Source: Pedosphaera sp. (GTDB lineage Bacteria > Verrucomicrobiota > Verrucomicrobiia > Limisphaerales > SXQI01). Taken from it: a stretch of DNA of 64,000 nucleotides. The stretch is from positions 23,616 to 87,615 of the forward strand of contig JANYDC010000149.1 in the NCBI GenBank assembly GCA_025359965.1. The letters run 5' to 3'. Of the stretch, positions 51,209 to 61,428 are shown piece after piece; the stretch's first letter is position 1, and the number at the start of each line of letters is the position of its first letter. Under the pieces are notes generated by a model. The model was not told the DNA's origin. It did no database searches and saw nothing but the letters and a program-made list of their open reading frames with translations. A program made the position numbers and the translations under genes.

Positions 51209-54200
51209 ATGTCGAACAAGCCTGCCGAGCGCCCCTCACTTTACGTTAAGCTGCCTTGGTTGCTGGGGATTTGCGCTTTTGCGCTTTACCTGGTAACCCT
51301 GAATCAATGGCTGGCCATACGCAGCCTGACTGTGATTTCCCGCCTTAACTCCTGGGACCAGAGTCTGCCCTTTGACTATCCTTTCTTCCATCTTGTTACA
51401 CTGCCTTTCAAACTGCTGCCTGAGAACTGGTCCGGCACGGCACTGAATATTTTCGCAGCTTTGGTATCCTCCATTACCCTGGGCTTGCTGGCGCGCTCAG
51501 TGATGCTGCTGCCCCATGATCGCACCTCGGAACAGCGCATCCGTGAACGCAGCGATTTCTCGCTTCTCTCGGTCCGCACCAAATGGCTTCCGCCCGTTTT
51601 GGCGGTTTTGGCGTGCGGCCTGCAATTGACCTTCTGGGAAAACGCCGTTTCCATCACGATGGAGTCCTTTGACCTCCTCCTCTTTGCCACCCTGATCTGG
51701 ATGCTATTGGAGTTTCGCGTCAGTCGTAACGACCGATGGCTGCAAATGTTTGCCTTGGGTTACGGCCTTTCCATCACTAACAATTGGGCTTTGATTGGGT
51801 TCGCGCCTTTGTTCCTCGTTGCCTTCGCTTGGATTGCGGGAAAGTCATTCTTCACTTGGCGATTTTTCGGGCGGATGGCTCTGCTTTTTTTTGCAGGGCT
51901 AACACTTTATTTCCTAATGCCGCTCCTCTGGTCGATTCATGGGGACACCACCCTTCGCTTCATCGACGTCCTTCGCGCGAACCTTTCGTCACAAAAGACC
52001 ATTCTGTTCGACACTCCGTCGCTGCGATCCATCATCGTCATTCTTTCCCTCACTTCCATTCTGCCGGTCGTCATCATGGGCATAAGATGGCGATCCTCAT
52101 TCGGCGAGACAAGTGAGGCGGGCGCAGTGGTGACCAGCCTCATGTTTCGCGTGGTCCACATTCTGTTCCTTGGGGCCTGTCTGGTGATGTTTCTCGATCA
52201 AAAATTCAGCCCCCGCGGACTTGGAATGGGCATGCCGCTTCTCAGCTTTTATTACCTGTCAGCCTTGAGCGTCGGCTATTATAGCGGATACCTGCTCCTC
52301 GTCGCCACCAATACCAATCTTAAGAACTGGCAGCGCCAAAGCGGCTTCACTGGCATTCTTAGCGCAGGTCTGGCCGCAATTCCTTTCCTTGCCCTCTTGG
52401 TTCCTGGCTATCTTGCCTATCTCAACTTTAGCGCAATTCGTCGTGATGGCGGCCCTCTTCTCTCCACCTTCACAAAAGCTCTCGTCGCCCCCGTCGAAAC
52501 CGCGCCATCCCTCATTTTAAGCGATGACCCTTTGCTCCTCATGTTGGTTCGGGCCGACGAGGCACGCAGGGGCGTGACCAAACATCATGTACTCGTCAAC
52601 ACGAAGAATCTTTCAAGCCGTGCCTATCATTTCCAACTTGCTCGCCAACATCCTCAAATCTGGCCAATCCCTGAAAGTGTCAATTCGGGGTTTTTACCCC
52701 AGGAGGTTTCAGCTTTAATCACCGAACTCGCCTCCAAATATCCCTCCTTTTACCTGCAACCTAGCTTCGGATATTTCTTTGAAACTTTGAGGGCTGATCC
52801 AGTCGGTCATATTTCAAAGCTACACCCCTTCGGCCCCAATGATCTGACCCAACCCGTCGCCACCTCAGCGGAAATTGCGGATACCACCAGGTTCTGGGGC
52901 CAACTTGAGCCTACCCTCTCAAGACTTGCATCAAACCTCAAAAACCGGACACCTCTTGAGGAATACACCGCAGCCTACTATTCGCGGGCCTTGAACACAT
53001 GGGGATTGGCCCTTCAACGAGCCGGACGCAACGAACCCGCTCTGGCCGCGTTCTCCAAGGCTGCTGATCTGAATCCTGAAAATTTCGTGGCCTCCGTTAA
53101 TCTCGCCTTCGCTCAAAGCCTTCGCACTGGCCAACCCATCACGCCCGATGCCATGAAAAACTTTGAAGAGCAGTTTAACACGATATCAACTTGGGATGCC
53201 ATTTTGACGCGCTTCGGAGGTTTCGAAGAGCCCACCTATGCAGCGCGGCAAGCCTCCATGCTTTTGGATCAGGGGCTGACCCGCCAAGCCATGCTCCTCT
53301 ATGAGCGAGTCCATCATTATCTCCCAGGCAACGCGGGGGCTTCAGTCAGCCTTGCCAATGCCTATCTATTCTCTAAGCAATTGGATAAGGCTCTGGAGAT
53401 CGTAAACCAGACCAAGGCGCTGCCCCCCGGCTCGGTTAACCCCGCCAACATGATTGACCTGACCACAATTGAAGCAGGCATCTACTTCAACAAGGGGGAT
53501 ATCGCAAAAACCGAAAAAATACTCTTGGCGGGCACCATAAACTTCCCGGGTGAGCACTCCATTTTGGAAAGCCTGACCGAGTTCTACCGCAACACCAAGG
53601 ATTTCAAAAAAGCCCTCGACACCATCGACAGACAGATTGCGAATTCCCCAAACAGCGTGTTTCTATTGCTCCAAAAAGCGGACATCGCCATCACATTTCA
53701 ACAATACGCCACTGCGCTGGCAGAACTCGACCGGCTTCAAAAAATCGCCCCCAACAATATCCAAATGCTGGCCTATCGGGCTTTTATCGGCATTTCGACC
53801 AAGGACTACAAGATCGCCGAGTCGGAAGTTCAAAAAATTCTGGCCATCGAAGCCGATAACGCTCAAGCCCTTATTTACTTGGGTATTATTGGCATGGAGA
53901 CCAAAAAATTTCAAGTCGGTCTGGATGCCCTTAATAGATTGCTAGCCAAACAGCCTGCCAACTACGTCGCCTTGCGTAACCGGGCCATCATCAATCTCCG
54001 CGCAGAAAAAACTAACGACGCCCGCCGCGATTATGAAAAACTCAGAGGAGTTTTTCCTCAAAGCCATTTTGTTTACTACGGTCTGGCTGCCGTGGCACGA
54101 CTTGAAAAAAATGTCCCGGAAGAGGTCAAGAACACCGAATTGTATCTCAAATATTCCGCAAGTGATCAAAGTCCGGAAACTGCTCAGGAACGGAACGAAG

Positions 54201-54241
54201 TCACCCAGCGGCTTACCCAACTGAAGTCTCAGGCCAAGTAG
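51209..54241 (+). CDS. Polytopic membrane protein, DUF2723/GT-C-like N-terminus fused to C-terminal TPR repeats
   Basis: About 11 TM helices in the first ~430 aa, with DUF2723-like stretches (NSWDQSLPFDYPFFHLVTL; NIFAALVSSITLGLLA; FWENAVSITMESFDLLLFA). From aa ~560 on there are multiple TPR units (YYSRALNTWGLALQRAGRNEPALAAFSKAADLNPEN...). The DUF2723 assignment is from memory of the family pattern. Confidence 0.5.
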   Translation: MSNKPAERPSLYVKLPWLLGICAFALYLVTLNQWLAIRSLTVISRLNSWDQSLPFDYPFFHLVTLPFKLLPENWSGTALNIFAALVSSITLGLLARSVMLLPHDRTSEQRIRERSDFSLLSVRTKWLPPVLAVLACGLQLTFWENAVSITMESFDLLLFATLIWMLLEFRVSRNDRWLQMFALGYGLSITNNWALIGFAPLFLVAFAWIAGKSFFTWRFFGRMALLFFAGLTLYFLMPLLWSIHGDTTLRFIDVLRANLSSQKTILFDTPSLRSIIVILSLTSILPVVIMGIRWRSSFGETSEAGAVVTSLMFRVVHILFLGACLVMFLDQKFSPRGLGMGMPLLSFYYLSALSVGYYSGYLLLVATNTNLKNWQRQSGFTGILSAGLAAIPFLALLVPGYLAYLNFSAIRRDGGPLLSTFTKALVAPVETAPSLILSDDPLLLMLVRADEARRGVTKHHVLVNTKNLSSRAYHFQLARQHPQIWPIPESVNSGFLPQEVSALITELASKYPSFYLQPSFGYFFETLRADPVGHISKLHPFGPNDLTQPVATSAEIADTTRFWGQLEPTLSRLASNLKNRTPLEEYTAAYYSRALNTWGLALQRAGRNEPALAAFSKAADLNPENFVASVNLAFAQSLRTGQPITPDAMKNFEEQFNTISTWDAILTRFGGFEEPTYAARQASMLLDQGLTRQAMLLYERVHHYLPGNAGASVSLANAYLFSKQLDKALEIVNQTKALPPGSVNPANMIDLTTIEAGIYFNKGDIAKTEKILLAGTINFPGEHSILESLTEFYRNTKDFKKALDTIDRQIANSPNSVFLLLQKADIAITFQQYATALAELDRLQKIAPNNIQMLAYRAFIGISTKDYKIAESEVQKILAIEADNAQALIYLGIIGMETKKFQVGLDALNRLLAKQPANYVALRNRAIINLRAEKTNDARRDYEKLRGVFPQSHFVYYGLAAVARLEKNVPEEVKNTELYLKYSASDQSPETAQERNEVTQRLTQLKSQAK

Positions 54242-54255
54242 GCATTTCTGCAATA

Positions 54256-55443
54256 ATGCGCATCTGTCACGTCATCACCCGGCTGATTCTGGGGGGCGCA
54301 CAGGAAAACACGGTCTCCACCGTACTAGGTCTGGCAAGGCTGGGTCACGACGTGGAACTCGTCAGCGGACATCCCTCACCGGGTGAGGGTGATTTGCTAA
54401 ACAGTTTTGCTCAATCCCCCTCCCTGCTGACCTTGAGCGCCCACTTGGTGCGCCCGATCCACCCCTGGCACGACGCACTGGCCACTCGCGATCTCATTCG
54501 CCATTTCAAGGCAACCCGTCCGGGCCTTGTCCATACTCACAGCGGCAAAGCCGGCATACTTGCACGCCTTGCTGCACGCCGTTGCCACGTCAAATTGATC
54601 GTACACGGCATCCATGGTCCATCTTTTGGTCCGTTTCAGGGGCCATTGGCCAATTTTATCTTTCGCAGCGCGGAGCGTATCGCCGATCATTGGACCGATC
54701 AATATGTGGTCGTGGCGCAAGCCATGACCGACCAGTATCTCGCCGCGAACATTGGAAGGTCCGAACAGTATACCCGGATTTTCAGCGGATTCGATCTAAG
54801 TCCTTACATGGATATCCCCCTCCAGGCGAATCTGTGCCGGAATGGATCCCCCTTTGATCCGGCTGATTTTGTGGTGGCAGCAGTGGCACGCATTGCGCCG
54901 TTGAAAGGACACGAGGACCTCCTTCAATTGGCCTCCATTTGTCGGCAAAAGATTCCAAGGTTCCGCATGCTGTTTGTGGGCGACGGTCCGCTCCGCCCAC
55001 AGATTGCGGAAAGGGTTCACTGCCTAAATCTTGAGCGTGTCGTGGTCTTTGCCGGAATGGTGTCTCCCGACAAAGTTCCCGGATTGCTGTCGCAGGCCGA
55101 CGTGACCGCGCACCTATCGCTGAGGGAAGGTCTCCCGCGCGCTCTAAGTCAGTCGCTTGCCGCAGGCCGTCCTGTTGTCGCTTACGATTGTGACGGCGCC
55201 AGCGAAGTCTGTCTCCATGAGCGAACCGGGTTTCTAACCCAACCAGGGGATGTTCATACGATGGCTCGCCACCTCGAATCACTCGCCACCAATCCGGCCC
55301 TGCGCCTGACTCTTGGAAAAGCGGGACGGGCTTTGGTGCGGGCCGATTTTTCGCAGGAGATCATGGTCGAACGGACCCACCAACTTTATCTCCGTTTGGG
55401 GGTCCCCAATCCACGCCAGCCTATGGCACTCCTGCACCGCTGA
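54256..55443 (+). CDS. Glycosyltransferase family 4 (GT-B, Glycos_transf_1)
   Basis: MRICHVITRLILGGAQENT N-terminus and the C-terminal EGLPRALSQSLAAGRPVVAYDCDGASEV (E-x7-E region). Confidence 0.85.
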   Translation: MRICHVITRLILGGAQENTVSTVLGLARLGHDVELVSGHPSPGEGDLLNSFAQSPSLLTLSAHLVRPIHPWHDALATRDLIRHFKATRPGLVHTHSGKAGILARLAARRCHVKLIVHGIHGPSFGPFQGPLANFIFRSAERIADHWTDQYVVVAQAMTDQYLAANIGRSEQYTRIFSGFDLSPYMDIPLQANLCRNGSPFDPADFVVAAVARIAPLKGHEDLLQLASICRQKIPRFRMLFVGDGPLRPQIAERVHCLNLERVVVFAGMVSPDKVPGLLSQADVTAHLSLREGLPRALSQSLAAGRPVVAYDCDGASEVCLHERTGFLTQPGDVHTMARHLESLATNPALRLTLGKAGRALVRADFSQEIMVERTHQLYLRLGVPNPRQPMALLHR

Positions 55444-56453
55444 TGGGATTTCCGTTTTCCATCTACCTGCTCGCATTTATCGCCGCCTTTGCCACCACTT
55501 GGACCACACTGCCGTTTTGGTCAAAAATCTGCCGCCGCCTAGGAATCATCGACGATCCGGGGCACCGCAAAATCCATCTCCTGCCAACCCCCCTCTCCGG
55601 TGGCCCGGCTGTGCTGGGCGGCATTCTGCTCCCACTGTTGTGCGGCGTGACCCTTTACTTGCTGGCGCCCGCCCTGCTGCATCTTCTCGGAGTCGGAACA
55701 CTCCTGCCCCTTTCCCACGGCTTGGACCGTCGCCAAAACGAGCTATTGGTTTTACTGGCTGGCTGCCTCGGCATGACCTTGCTCGGCTTGGCTGATGACC
55801 GCTTTGAACTGACTCCATCCGTAAAATTAACCGGGCAGGTCATCATAGCACTGGCCACCGCCGCCGCAGGACTGCGGATCACCCTCTTCGTGCCAAGTCT
55901 TTGGTTCAGCTACGGCGTCACCGTTTTCTGGATTCTGGCGGTCACCAACGCCATTAACATTCTAGATAACATGAATGGCCTTTGCAGCGGCCTGGGAATT
56001 GTCACCCTATGGGGTTGCGGCTGGATTGCCGCCAGTCACGGCCAATACCTCGTGGCAATCCTGGCCTTTCTCGCCTCGGGTTCGCTGGCAGGATTTTTTC
56101 CCCACAACTTCCCGCGAGGTACCGCCTTTCTCGGCGATGCCGGAAGTCACCTCGTCGGATACCTCGTCTCCGTGATGGCCATCCTTCCGCACTATTACAG
56201 CTCAAGCGATCCAGTGCTTTCTCCATGGGCCGTGCTTACTCCTCTTTTTCTCCTGGCCATACCTCTGGGAGACCTTGCCTATGTTGTGTGGTTGCGCTGG
56301 CGAATGGGAAAACCCATTTACATTGGCGACACCAACCACATCTCCCACCGCCTGGTTCGACGCGGCTTCACCAAAACCACCGCCGTGCTTCTCATCCTAG
56401 CCGCCGCCGCCATCACCACATGGATGGGCGCTTTGTTCGCAGGCAAACGCTAA
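55443..56453 (+). CDS. Polyprenyl-phosphate N-acetylhexosamine-1-phosphate transferase (WecA/MraY superfamily)
   Basis: About 10 TM helices, with DDPGHRKIH, LADDRFEL and NAINILDNMNGL motifs. The start overlaps the upstream stop (TGATG at 55441-55445). Confidence 0.8.
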   Translation: MGFPFSIYLLAFIAAFATTWTTLPFWSKICRRLGIIDDPGHRKIHLLPTPLSGGPAVLGGILLPLLCGVTLYLLAPALLHLLGVGTLLPLSHGLDRRQNELLVLLAGCLGMTLLGLADDRFELTPSVKLTGQVIIALATAAAGLRITLFVPSLWFSYGVTVFWILAVTNAINILDNMNGLCSGLGIVTLWGCGWIAASHGQYLVAILAFLASGSLAGFFPHNFPRGTAFLGDAGSHLVGYLVSVMAILPHYYSSSDPVLSPWAVLTPLFLLAIPLGDLAYVVWLRWRMGKPIYIGDTNHISHRLVRRGFTKTTAVLLILAAAAITTWMGALFAGKR

Positions 56454-56526
56454 CTGTATCCGAGGCGCGTCGGCATCCTTGCCCAACCCAAACCAAATCG
56501 CCAGTCAGCTGCCGCCCTCTCCCGAC

Positions 56527-56610
56527 GTCCCGTCAGGGAAAGCCGAAAATAGCCCAGCACTTTAGCGTTGGGTACCGACCATCCTTTCAAAACAAAGTCC
56601 CGTGAGGGAC
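56527..56610. repeat. Intergenic REP-like structured element (two copies of the GTCCCGTSAGGGA hairpin flanking a third stem-loop)
   Basis: GTCCCGTCAGGGA (56527-56539) and GTCCCGTGAGGGAC (56597-56610; 5-bp stem with GTGA loop). Between them lies AGCCCAGC-ACTTTAGC-GTTGGGT (56551-56573; 6-bp stem with one G-U). Confidence 0.45.
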
Positions 56611-56795
56611 GAGAGATCAATCCCATCGATGCCAGGGGGCGGAACCAAGCATTTTGAACCCACCAAAAAAATATGATGCGCCCCGCCCCAACTTGCCCAG
56701 ACGGATACCATTGACTACGGGATATGAAATCCTTACTACTGGTCTCAATCCGTTTTAGGCCAGCGAAAAGACCGGGACATTAACACTCTAAAGGT

Positions 56796-58109
56796 ATGAA
56801 CACCGTTGCACCCATCGAAAGCCCTTCGCCCTTCACCCCTTCCCTCGCCGCCCTCGTGGGCCGGTGGCTCCTCCTCTTCGCCTTCCTTCTGCTGTCGGTT
56901 CCAACCCTCCGCGCCCAACTCACATACACCGCTGAGAACGGGGCCATTACCATCACCGGGTATAAGGGAACCACCGCCCAAGTGATCATCCCCGAAACTA
57001 TCGACGGTCTCCCCGTCCGGGCTATCGGGAACTCGGCGTTCGATTCCCGATTGGACATATATTTCGTGAGCATCCCCGACAGCGTCAAGGGCATCGGGGG
57101 CTATGCGTTCAATAGATGCAGCATGACCAGTGTGAGCATTGGCAAAAACGTCACCTCCATCGGGGGCTCTGCGTTCGCTGGCTGCACCGGCCTGACTAGC
57201 CTGACCATCCCCAACAGCGTTACCGCCATCGGGGACTTAGCGTTCTATCAATGCACCGGCCTGACCAGCCTGAGCATCGGCAACGTCACATCACTCGGGA
57301 ACTATACGTTCGCTGGCTGCACCGGCCTGACTAGCCTGACTATCCCCAACAGCGTCACCTACATCGGGGACCATACGTTTGCTGACTGCACCGGCCTGAC
57401 TAGCCTGAAGATGCCCAGCAGCCTCCTCTCCATCGGGGATTACTCATTCAGTAGATGCAGCGGCCTGACCAACCTCGATAGCGCGAGCATTGGCAAAAGC
57501 GTCACCTCCATCGGGAACTATGCGTTCTTTGGCTGCGCCCGTCTGACCAGCCTGAGCATCCCCGACAGCGTCACCGCCATCGGGGACCAAGCGTTCTCTG
57601 GCTGCACCGGCCTGACCAGCCTGAGCATCGGCAACCGCGTCAACTACATCGGGAGCTTTGCGTTCATTGGTTGCACCGGCCTGACCCGCCTGAGCATCCC
57701 CACCAGTGTCACCTACATAGGGAGCTATGCTTTCTATGCCTGCCGGGGTTTGACCGCAGTCATTTTTAAAGGTAACCAGCCACTTTCTGGTACGTTCGAC
57801 GAACCCACCACCCTCTACTACCTGCCAGGTACGGCCGGCTGGGGAGGGTCTTACGCCGGGCGGCCCAGCCTCCTATGGAATCCCTCGGCACCGACTCAAG
57901 ACCCGGCCTTCGGCGTTAGAAACGGCAAGTTCGGATTCAAAATCACCGGCACCGCCAACATTCCCGTCGTCGTCGAGGCCTGCGACAGCCTGACTGAGCC
58001 TGTCTGGCTTCCGCTGGCGACCATCACCCTGACTAGCGGCTCCTCCCTATTTTCCGATCCCGATTGGGCCAGTCACCCAAGCCGCGTCTACCGCTTCCGC
58101 TCCCCTTAA
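56796..58109 (+). CDS. Secreted BspA-type leucine-rich repeat (LRR_5) protein
   Basis: Signal peptide (LLLFAFLLLSVPTLRAQ). About 10 tandem 22-26-aa units of the form CTGLTSLTIPNSVTxIGxxAFxG, followed by a C-terminal ~100-aa non-repeat domain. Confidence 0.85.
   Translation: MNTVAPIESPSPFTPSLAALVGRWLLLFAFLLLSVPTLRAQLTYTAENGAITITGYKGTTAQVIIPETIDGLPVRAIGNSAFDSRLDIYFVSIPDSVKGIGGYAFNRCSMTSVSIGKNVTSIGGSAFAGCTGLTSLTIPNSVTAIGDLAFYQCTGLTSLSIGNVTSLGNYTFAGCTGLTSLTIPNSVTYIGDHTFADCTGLTSLKMPSSLLSIGDYSFSRCSGLTNLDSASIGKSVTSIGNYAFFGCARLTSLSIPDSVTAIGDQAFSGCTGLTSLSIGNRVNYIGSFAFIGCTGLTRLSIPTSVTYIGSYAFYACRGLTAVIFKGNQPLSGTFDEPTTLYYLPGTAGWGGSYAGRPSLLWNPSAPTQDPAFGVRNGKFGFKITGTANIPVVVEACDSLTEPVWLPLATITLTSGSSLFSDPDWASHPSRVYRFRSP
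57040..57780 (+). repeat. Tandem coding repeats, period mostly 69 nt, high nucleotide identity
   Basis: TGCACCGGCCTGAC occurs exactly at 57183, 57252, 57318, 57387, 57603 and 57672. A 33-nt exact repeat (gttcgctggctgcaccggcctgactagcctgac) occurs at 57173 and 57308. Confidence 0.85.
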
Positions 58110-58201
58110 AAGCTTCCGCAGCTAGTTGCCGCGCCACCCCAAAACCCCGGTAGCCCTCGCTCATTGCCAACCGGACCTTCCTGACGCAAACTGTCTTACG
58201 G

Positions 58202-59779
58202 ATGACGAAGACTTTTTACATCACCACGGCGATTGATTACGTGAACGGCCAGCCTCACTTGGGGCACGCTTACGAGAAGGTGGTCACCGACGTGATCAGT
58301 CGGGCCCGGCGCAGCCTCGGCCAACCCGTGTTCTTTTTGACAGGTCTCGACGAGCACGGTCAAAAGGTCCAGCAAGCCGCTGTGGCCGAAGGCAAAACGC
58401 CTCAGGCTTATTGCGATGACCTTGCCTCCGATTGGATCGCCTTCACCAAAACCCTCCAACTAACCAACCAGGACTTTGTCCGGACCTCCCAGCCGCGCCA
58501 CAAAGCGGTGGTCCAAGCCATCCTCGCCAAACTGCACCGTGAGGGGCATTTCTATCAATCCGAATACCGGGGTTTCTATTCTGCCCGGCAGGAAACTTTC
58601 CTAACCGAAAAAGATCGCCGTCCTGATGGCACGTTTGATCCGATGTACGGCGAAGTCACCGAGTTGGTGGAGAACAATTATTACTTCCGCCTGGGCGCGC
58701 ATCAGCAATGGCTGATCGACCATATTGAAGCCAATCCTGACTTCATTAAGCCCGCCTACCGTCGTAACGAAGTTCTGGGCTTCCTGAAAAATAACACGCT
58801 CGAAGACCTCTGCATCACCCGCCCTGCTGCACGTCTTTCCTGGGGCATCCCCCTGCCTTTTGATCCCGATTACGTCACTTACGTTTGGTTCGATGCTTTG
58901 GTGAATTACATCACCGTGCCCGCCGCTCTGGGAGACCCATTGCTCGCCGCCGCTCTGCCTGAGCTGAAACTGCCCTCGGTCGAAAAACCTCAATCACTCT
59001 GGCCCGCCGATATCCACGTCATTGGGAAGGACATCCTTAAATTCCACGCCGTCTATTGGCCCATCATGCTCAAAGCCATCGGCCTTCCCCTGCCCGGCCA
59101 AATTCTGGCCCACGGCTGGTGGCAGAAGGACGGCGAAAAAATCTCCAAGAGCACTGGTAATATCATTGATCCTATCGCCGTCATCAATGATTGGGGTCTG
59201 GATGCCTTCCGCTTTTACGTCACACGCGAACTCGATATCGGCCCCGATGGAAACTGGACCGACGCCGGATTCGCCTCGCGTTACGGCGCAGAACTCGCCA
59301 ACGGCCTGGGGAACTTGGTGAATCGCTCGCTCTCCATGCTCAAGCGCTATCGCGGCGGAGTCGTTCCTTCACAAAACGACGAGTTGGCTGCTGGCACTGC
59401 GGAAGCCGTCTGCAAAATTGCCGGCCATTGGGACAAGTCGGAGCTTCAGGACGCTTTGACCACCACCTGGAGCGTTGTCAAACGAGCCAACGAATACATC
59501 GAGCAAACCGCACCCTTCAAACTCGCCAAAGACCCCGCCCAAGCCGCCCGCCTCGACGAAGTGCTCTACAACCTGACGGAGACCTGTCGCATCCTGGCCG
59601 TGCTCATCCAACCGTTCCTTCCCCAGACCAGCCTGCGGATCATGGCGCAACTCAATCTGCCAGGCCAGGCCGACCAACTGGCCGAGGCTAAATGGGGAGG
59701 CATCCCACCGGGCCACGTTGTGGGAGATCCCCTGCCCCTTTTCCCTCGTAGGGATCAGCCTCCGGTCACGAAAGCCTAG
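58202..59779 (+). CDS. metG: Methionine--tRNA ligase (short form, no C-terminal tRNA-binding domain)
   Basis: HLGH motif ([11 protein letters not shown]), KMSKS-type motif (KISKSTGN) and an anticodon-binding helical C-domain. Confidence 0.9.
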   Translation: MTKTFYITTAIDYVNGQPHLGHAYEKVVTDVISRARRSLGQPVFFLTGLDEHGQKVQQAAVAEGKTPQAYCDDLASDWIAFTKTLQLTNQDFVRTSQPRHKAVVQAILAKLHREGHFYQSEYRGFYSARQETFLTEKDRRPDGTFDPMYGEVTELVENNYYFRLGAHQQWLIDHIEANPDFIKPAYRRNEVLGFLKNNTLEDLCITRPAARLSWGIPLPFDPDYVTYVWFDALVNYITVPAALGDPLLAAALPELKLPSVEKPQSLWPADIHVIGKDILKFHAVYWPIMLKAIGLPLPGQILAHGWWQKDGEKISKSTGNIIDPIAVINDWGLDAFRFYVTRELDIGPDGNWTDAGFASRYGAELANGLGNLVNRSLSMLKRYRGGVVPSQNDELAAGTAEAVCKIAGHWDKSELQDALTTTWSVVKRANEYIEQTAPFKLAKDPAQAARLDEVLYNLTETCRILAVLIQPFLPQTSLRIMAQLNLPGQADQLAEAKWGGIPPGHVVGDPLPLFPRRDQPPVTKA

Positions 59780-59786
59780 ATTCACC

Positions 59787-61313
59787 ATGTCCGAGATCGT
59801 ACTCGCCACCATCAACGCGAAATACCTGCACGCCTCTTTTGGCTTGCGGTATCTGCGGGCCAATCTAGGCGAATTGCGCGATGACTCGGTGATCCTAGAA
59901 TTCGATCTCGCGCACAAACCCGCCGACATGGTCGAGGCGATTCTCTCGTACGAACCGAAGATAGTCGGCCTCGGCGTTTACATCTGGAATGCGGTGTTGT
60001 CGCTGGAAGTGGTGAGGCTGCTCAAAGCGGTACGTCCGGATTTGACGGTTGTCTTGGGCGGACCCGAAGTCAGTTACGAAGCGACCGGTCAGGAAATCTG
60101 TCTGCTGGCCGATTACACCGTCAGCGGTGAAGCAGACCTGGCCTTTCGCGATCTCTGCCAAAAGCTTTTGGCCGGGGAGCGCCCCGCTTCCCGCTGGGTG
60201 ACTGCCCCCGTGCCGGACCTCGCCCAAGTCGCCATGCCCTACGACCTCTACACCGATGAGGACGTGGCCCATCGCTTGGTTTACGTCGAGGCTTCACGCG
60301 GTTGTGCCTTCACCTGCGAATTTTGCCTTTCGTCGCTTGATATCCCCGTCCGGCAACTTCCCCTCGCGCCTTTTTTGGCCGAGATGGATCGCCTTTACCA
60401 ACGCGGCGTTCAGCAGTTCAAATTCGTTGACCGCACCTTTAACCTCAATCTCAACACCAGCCGCGCGATCCTCGAATTCTTCCTGCAACGGTTGCGCCCG
60501 GGGCTTTTCCTGCACTTCGAAATGATCCCGGATCGCCTGCCCGATGGCCTGCGCGATTTCATTAAACAGTTCCCCGCTGGCACCCTCCAGTTCGAAGTCG
60601 GCATCCAATCATTTAACGACGAAGTTTCCCAGCGCATAAAACGCCGCCAGAATCTCGACCGACTGGCCGATAACTTTCATTTCCTCAGATCCGAAACGGG
60701 CGTGCATATCCACGCTGATTTGATTGTCGGACTGCCCGGCGAAACCATGGAGAGCTTCGGCCAAGGCTTTGATCGTTTGATCGCCTTGCAACCTCAGGAA
60801 ATCCAAGTGGGCATCCTGAAACGCCTGCGCGGAACACCCATCGTCCGGCATGATCAAACATGTGCAATGCTGTACAGCCAATCGCCGCCCTACGAAATGC
60901 TAAGCAATCAGCTGATTGACTTCCGCACCATGCAGCGGCTCAAACGCTTTTCGCGCTATTGGGACTTGGTGGGCAACAGCGGTAATTTCGTCGAAGCAAC
61001 TCGCCTGCTGTGGTCGCCTGATCTTTCGCCTTTCGCCGAGTTCATGCGGTGGTCCGACTGGCTATTCGCCAAGATCGGTCGCACCCACGCCATCGCCCTG
61101 GCCGACTTGGCTGCCCTCCTTTTCGAATTCCTGACCACCGTGCAAAACCGCCCCGCCAACGAAGCTGGCCCCGTCCTCTGGCGCGACTACCAAAAAGCCG
61201 GACGCTCCGACCGCCCTACGTTCTTACGCCCCTTTATCCCCGCCGCCGAACCAGTCACCCGTGCTGCCGCTTCCGGTCTACCCCGCCGCCAGCGCCGCCA
61301 CGCCAACGCGTAG
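59787..61313 (+). CDS. B12-binding-domain radical SAM protein (DUF4080-containing type)
   Basis: N-terminal B12-binding-like region ([20 protein letters not shown]). Radical SAM cluster motif [13 protein letters not shown]. The C-terminal ~150 aa resemble DUF4080 ([14 protein letters not shown]). ATG at 59787 chosen, 7 nt after the metG stop. Confidence 0.75.
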   Translation: MSEIVLATINAKYLHASFGLRYLRANLGELRDDSVILEFDLAHKPADMVEAILSYEPKIVGLGVYIWNAVLSLEVVRLLKAVRPDLTVVLGGPEVSYEATGQEICLLADYTVSGEADLAFRDLCQKLLAGERPASRWVTAPVPDLAQVAMPYDLYTDEDVAHRLVYVEASRGCAFTCEFCLSSLDIPVRQLPLAPFLAEMDRLYQRGVQQFKFVDRTFNLNLNTSRAILEFFLQRLRPGLFLHFEMIPDRLPDGLRDFIKQFPAGTLQFEVGIQSFNDEVSQRIKRRQNLDRLADNFHFLRSETGVHIHADLIVGLPGETMESFGQGFDRLIALQPQEIQVGILKRLRGTPIVRHDQTCAMLYSQSPPYEMLSNQLIDFRTMQRLKRFSRYWDLVGNSGNFVEATRLLWSPDLSPFAEFMRWSDWLFAKIGRTHAIALADLAALLFEFLTTVQNRPANEAGPVLWRDYQKAGRSDRPTFLRPFIPAAEPVTRAAASGLPRRQRRHANA

Positions 61314-61428
61314 TCTATTGCATTGTTCGCCGGGGACCAAATTATTGCCAGGGTTGGTTAACCTAGTGCACTGTTAAGTTGCGACTAACTGTGTTCCGAT
61401 AATCGGCGGCCTTCTTCTTACTCTGTTC

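Noticed and set aside
57040-57780. The regularly spaced repeats might have been a CRISPR-like array.
   Set aside because: The repeats are in frame inside a continuous 437-aa ORF and encode LRR units. The segments between them are also conserved, and there are no cas genes.
49064-58109. A tRNA-Glu followed by a glycan/LRR cluster, as a possible genomic island.
   Set aside because: I saw no integrase, no direct repeat of the tRNA 3' end and no obvious compositional break.
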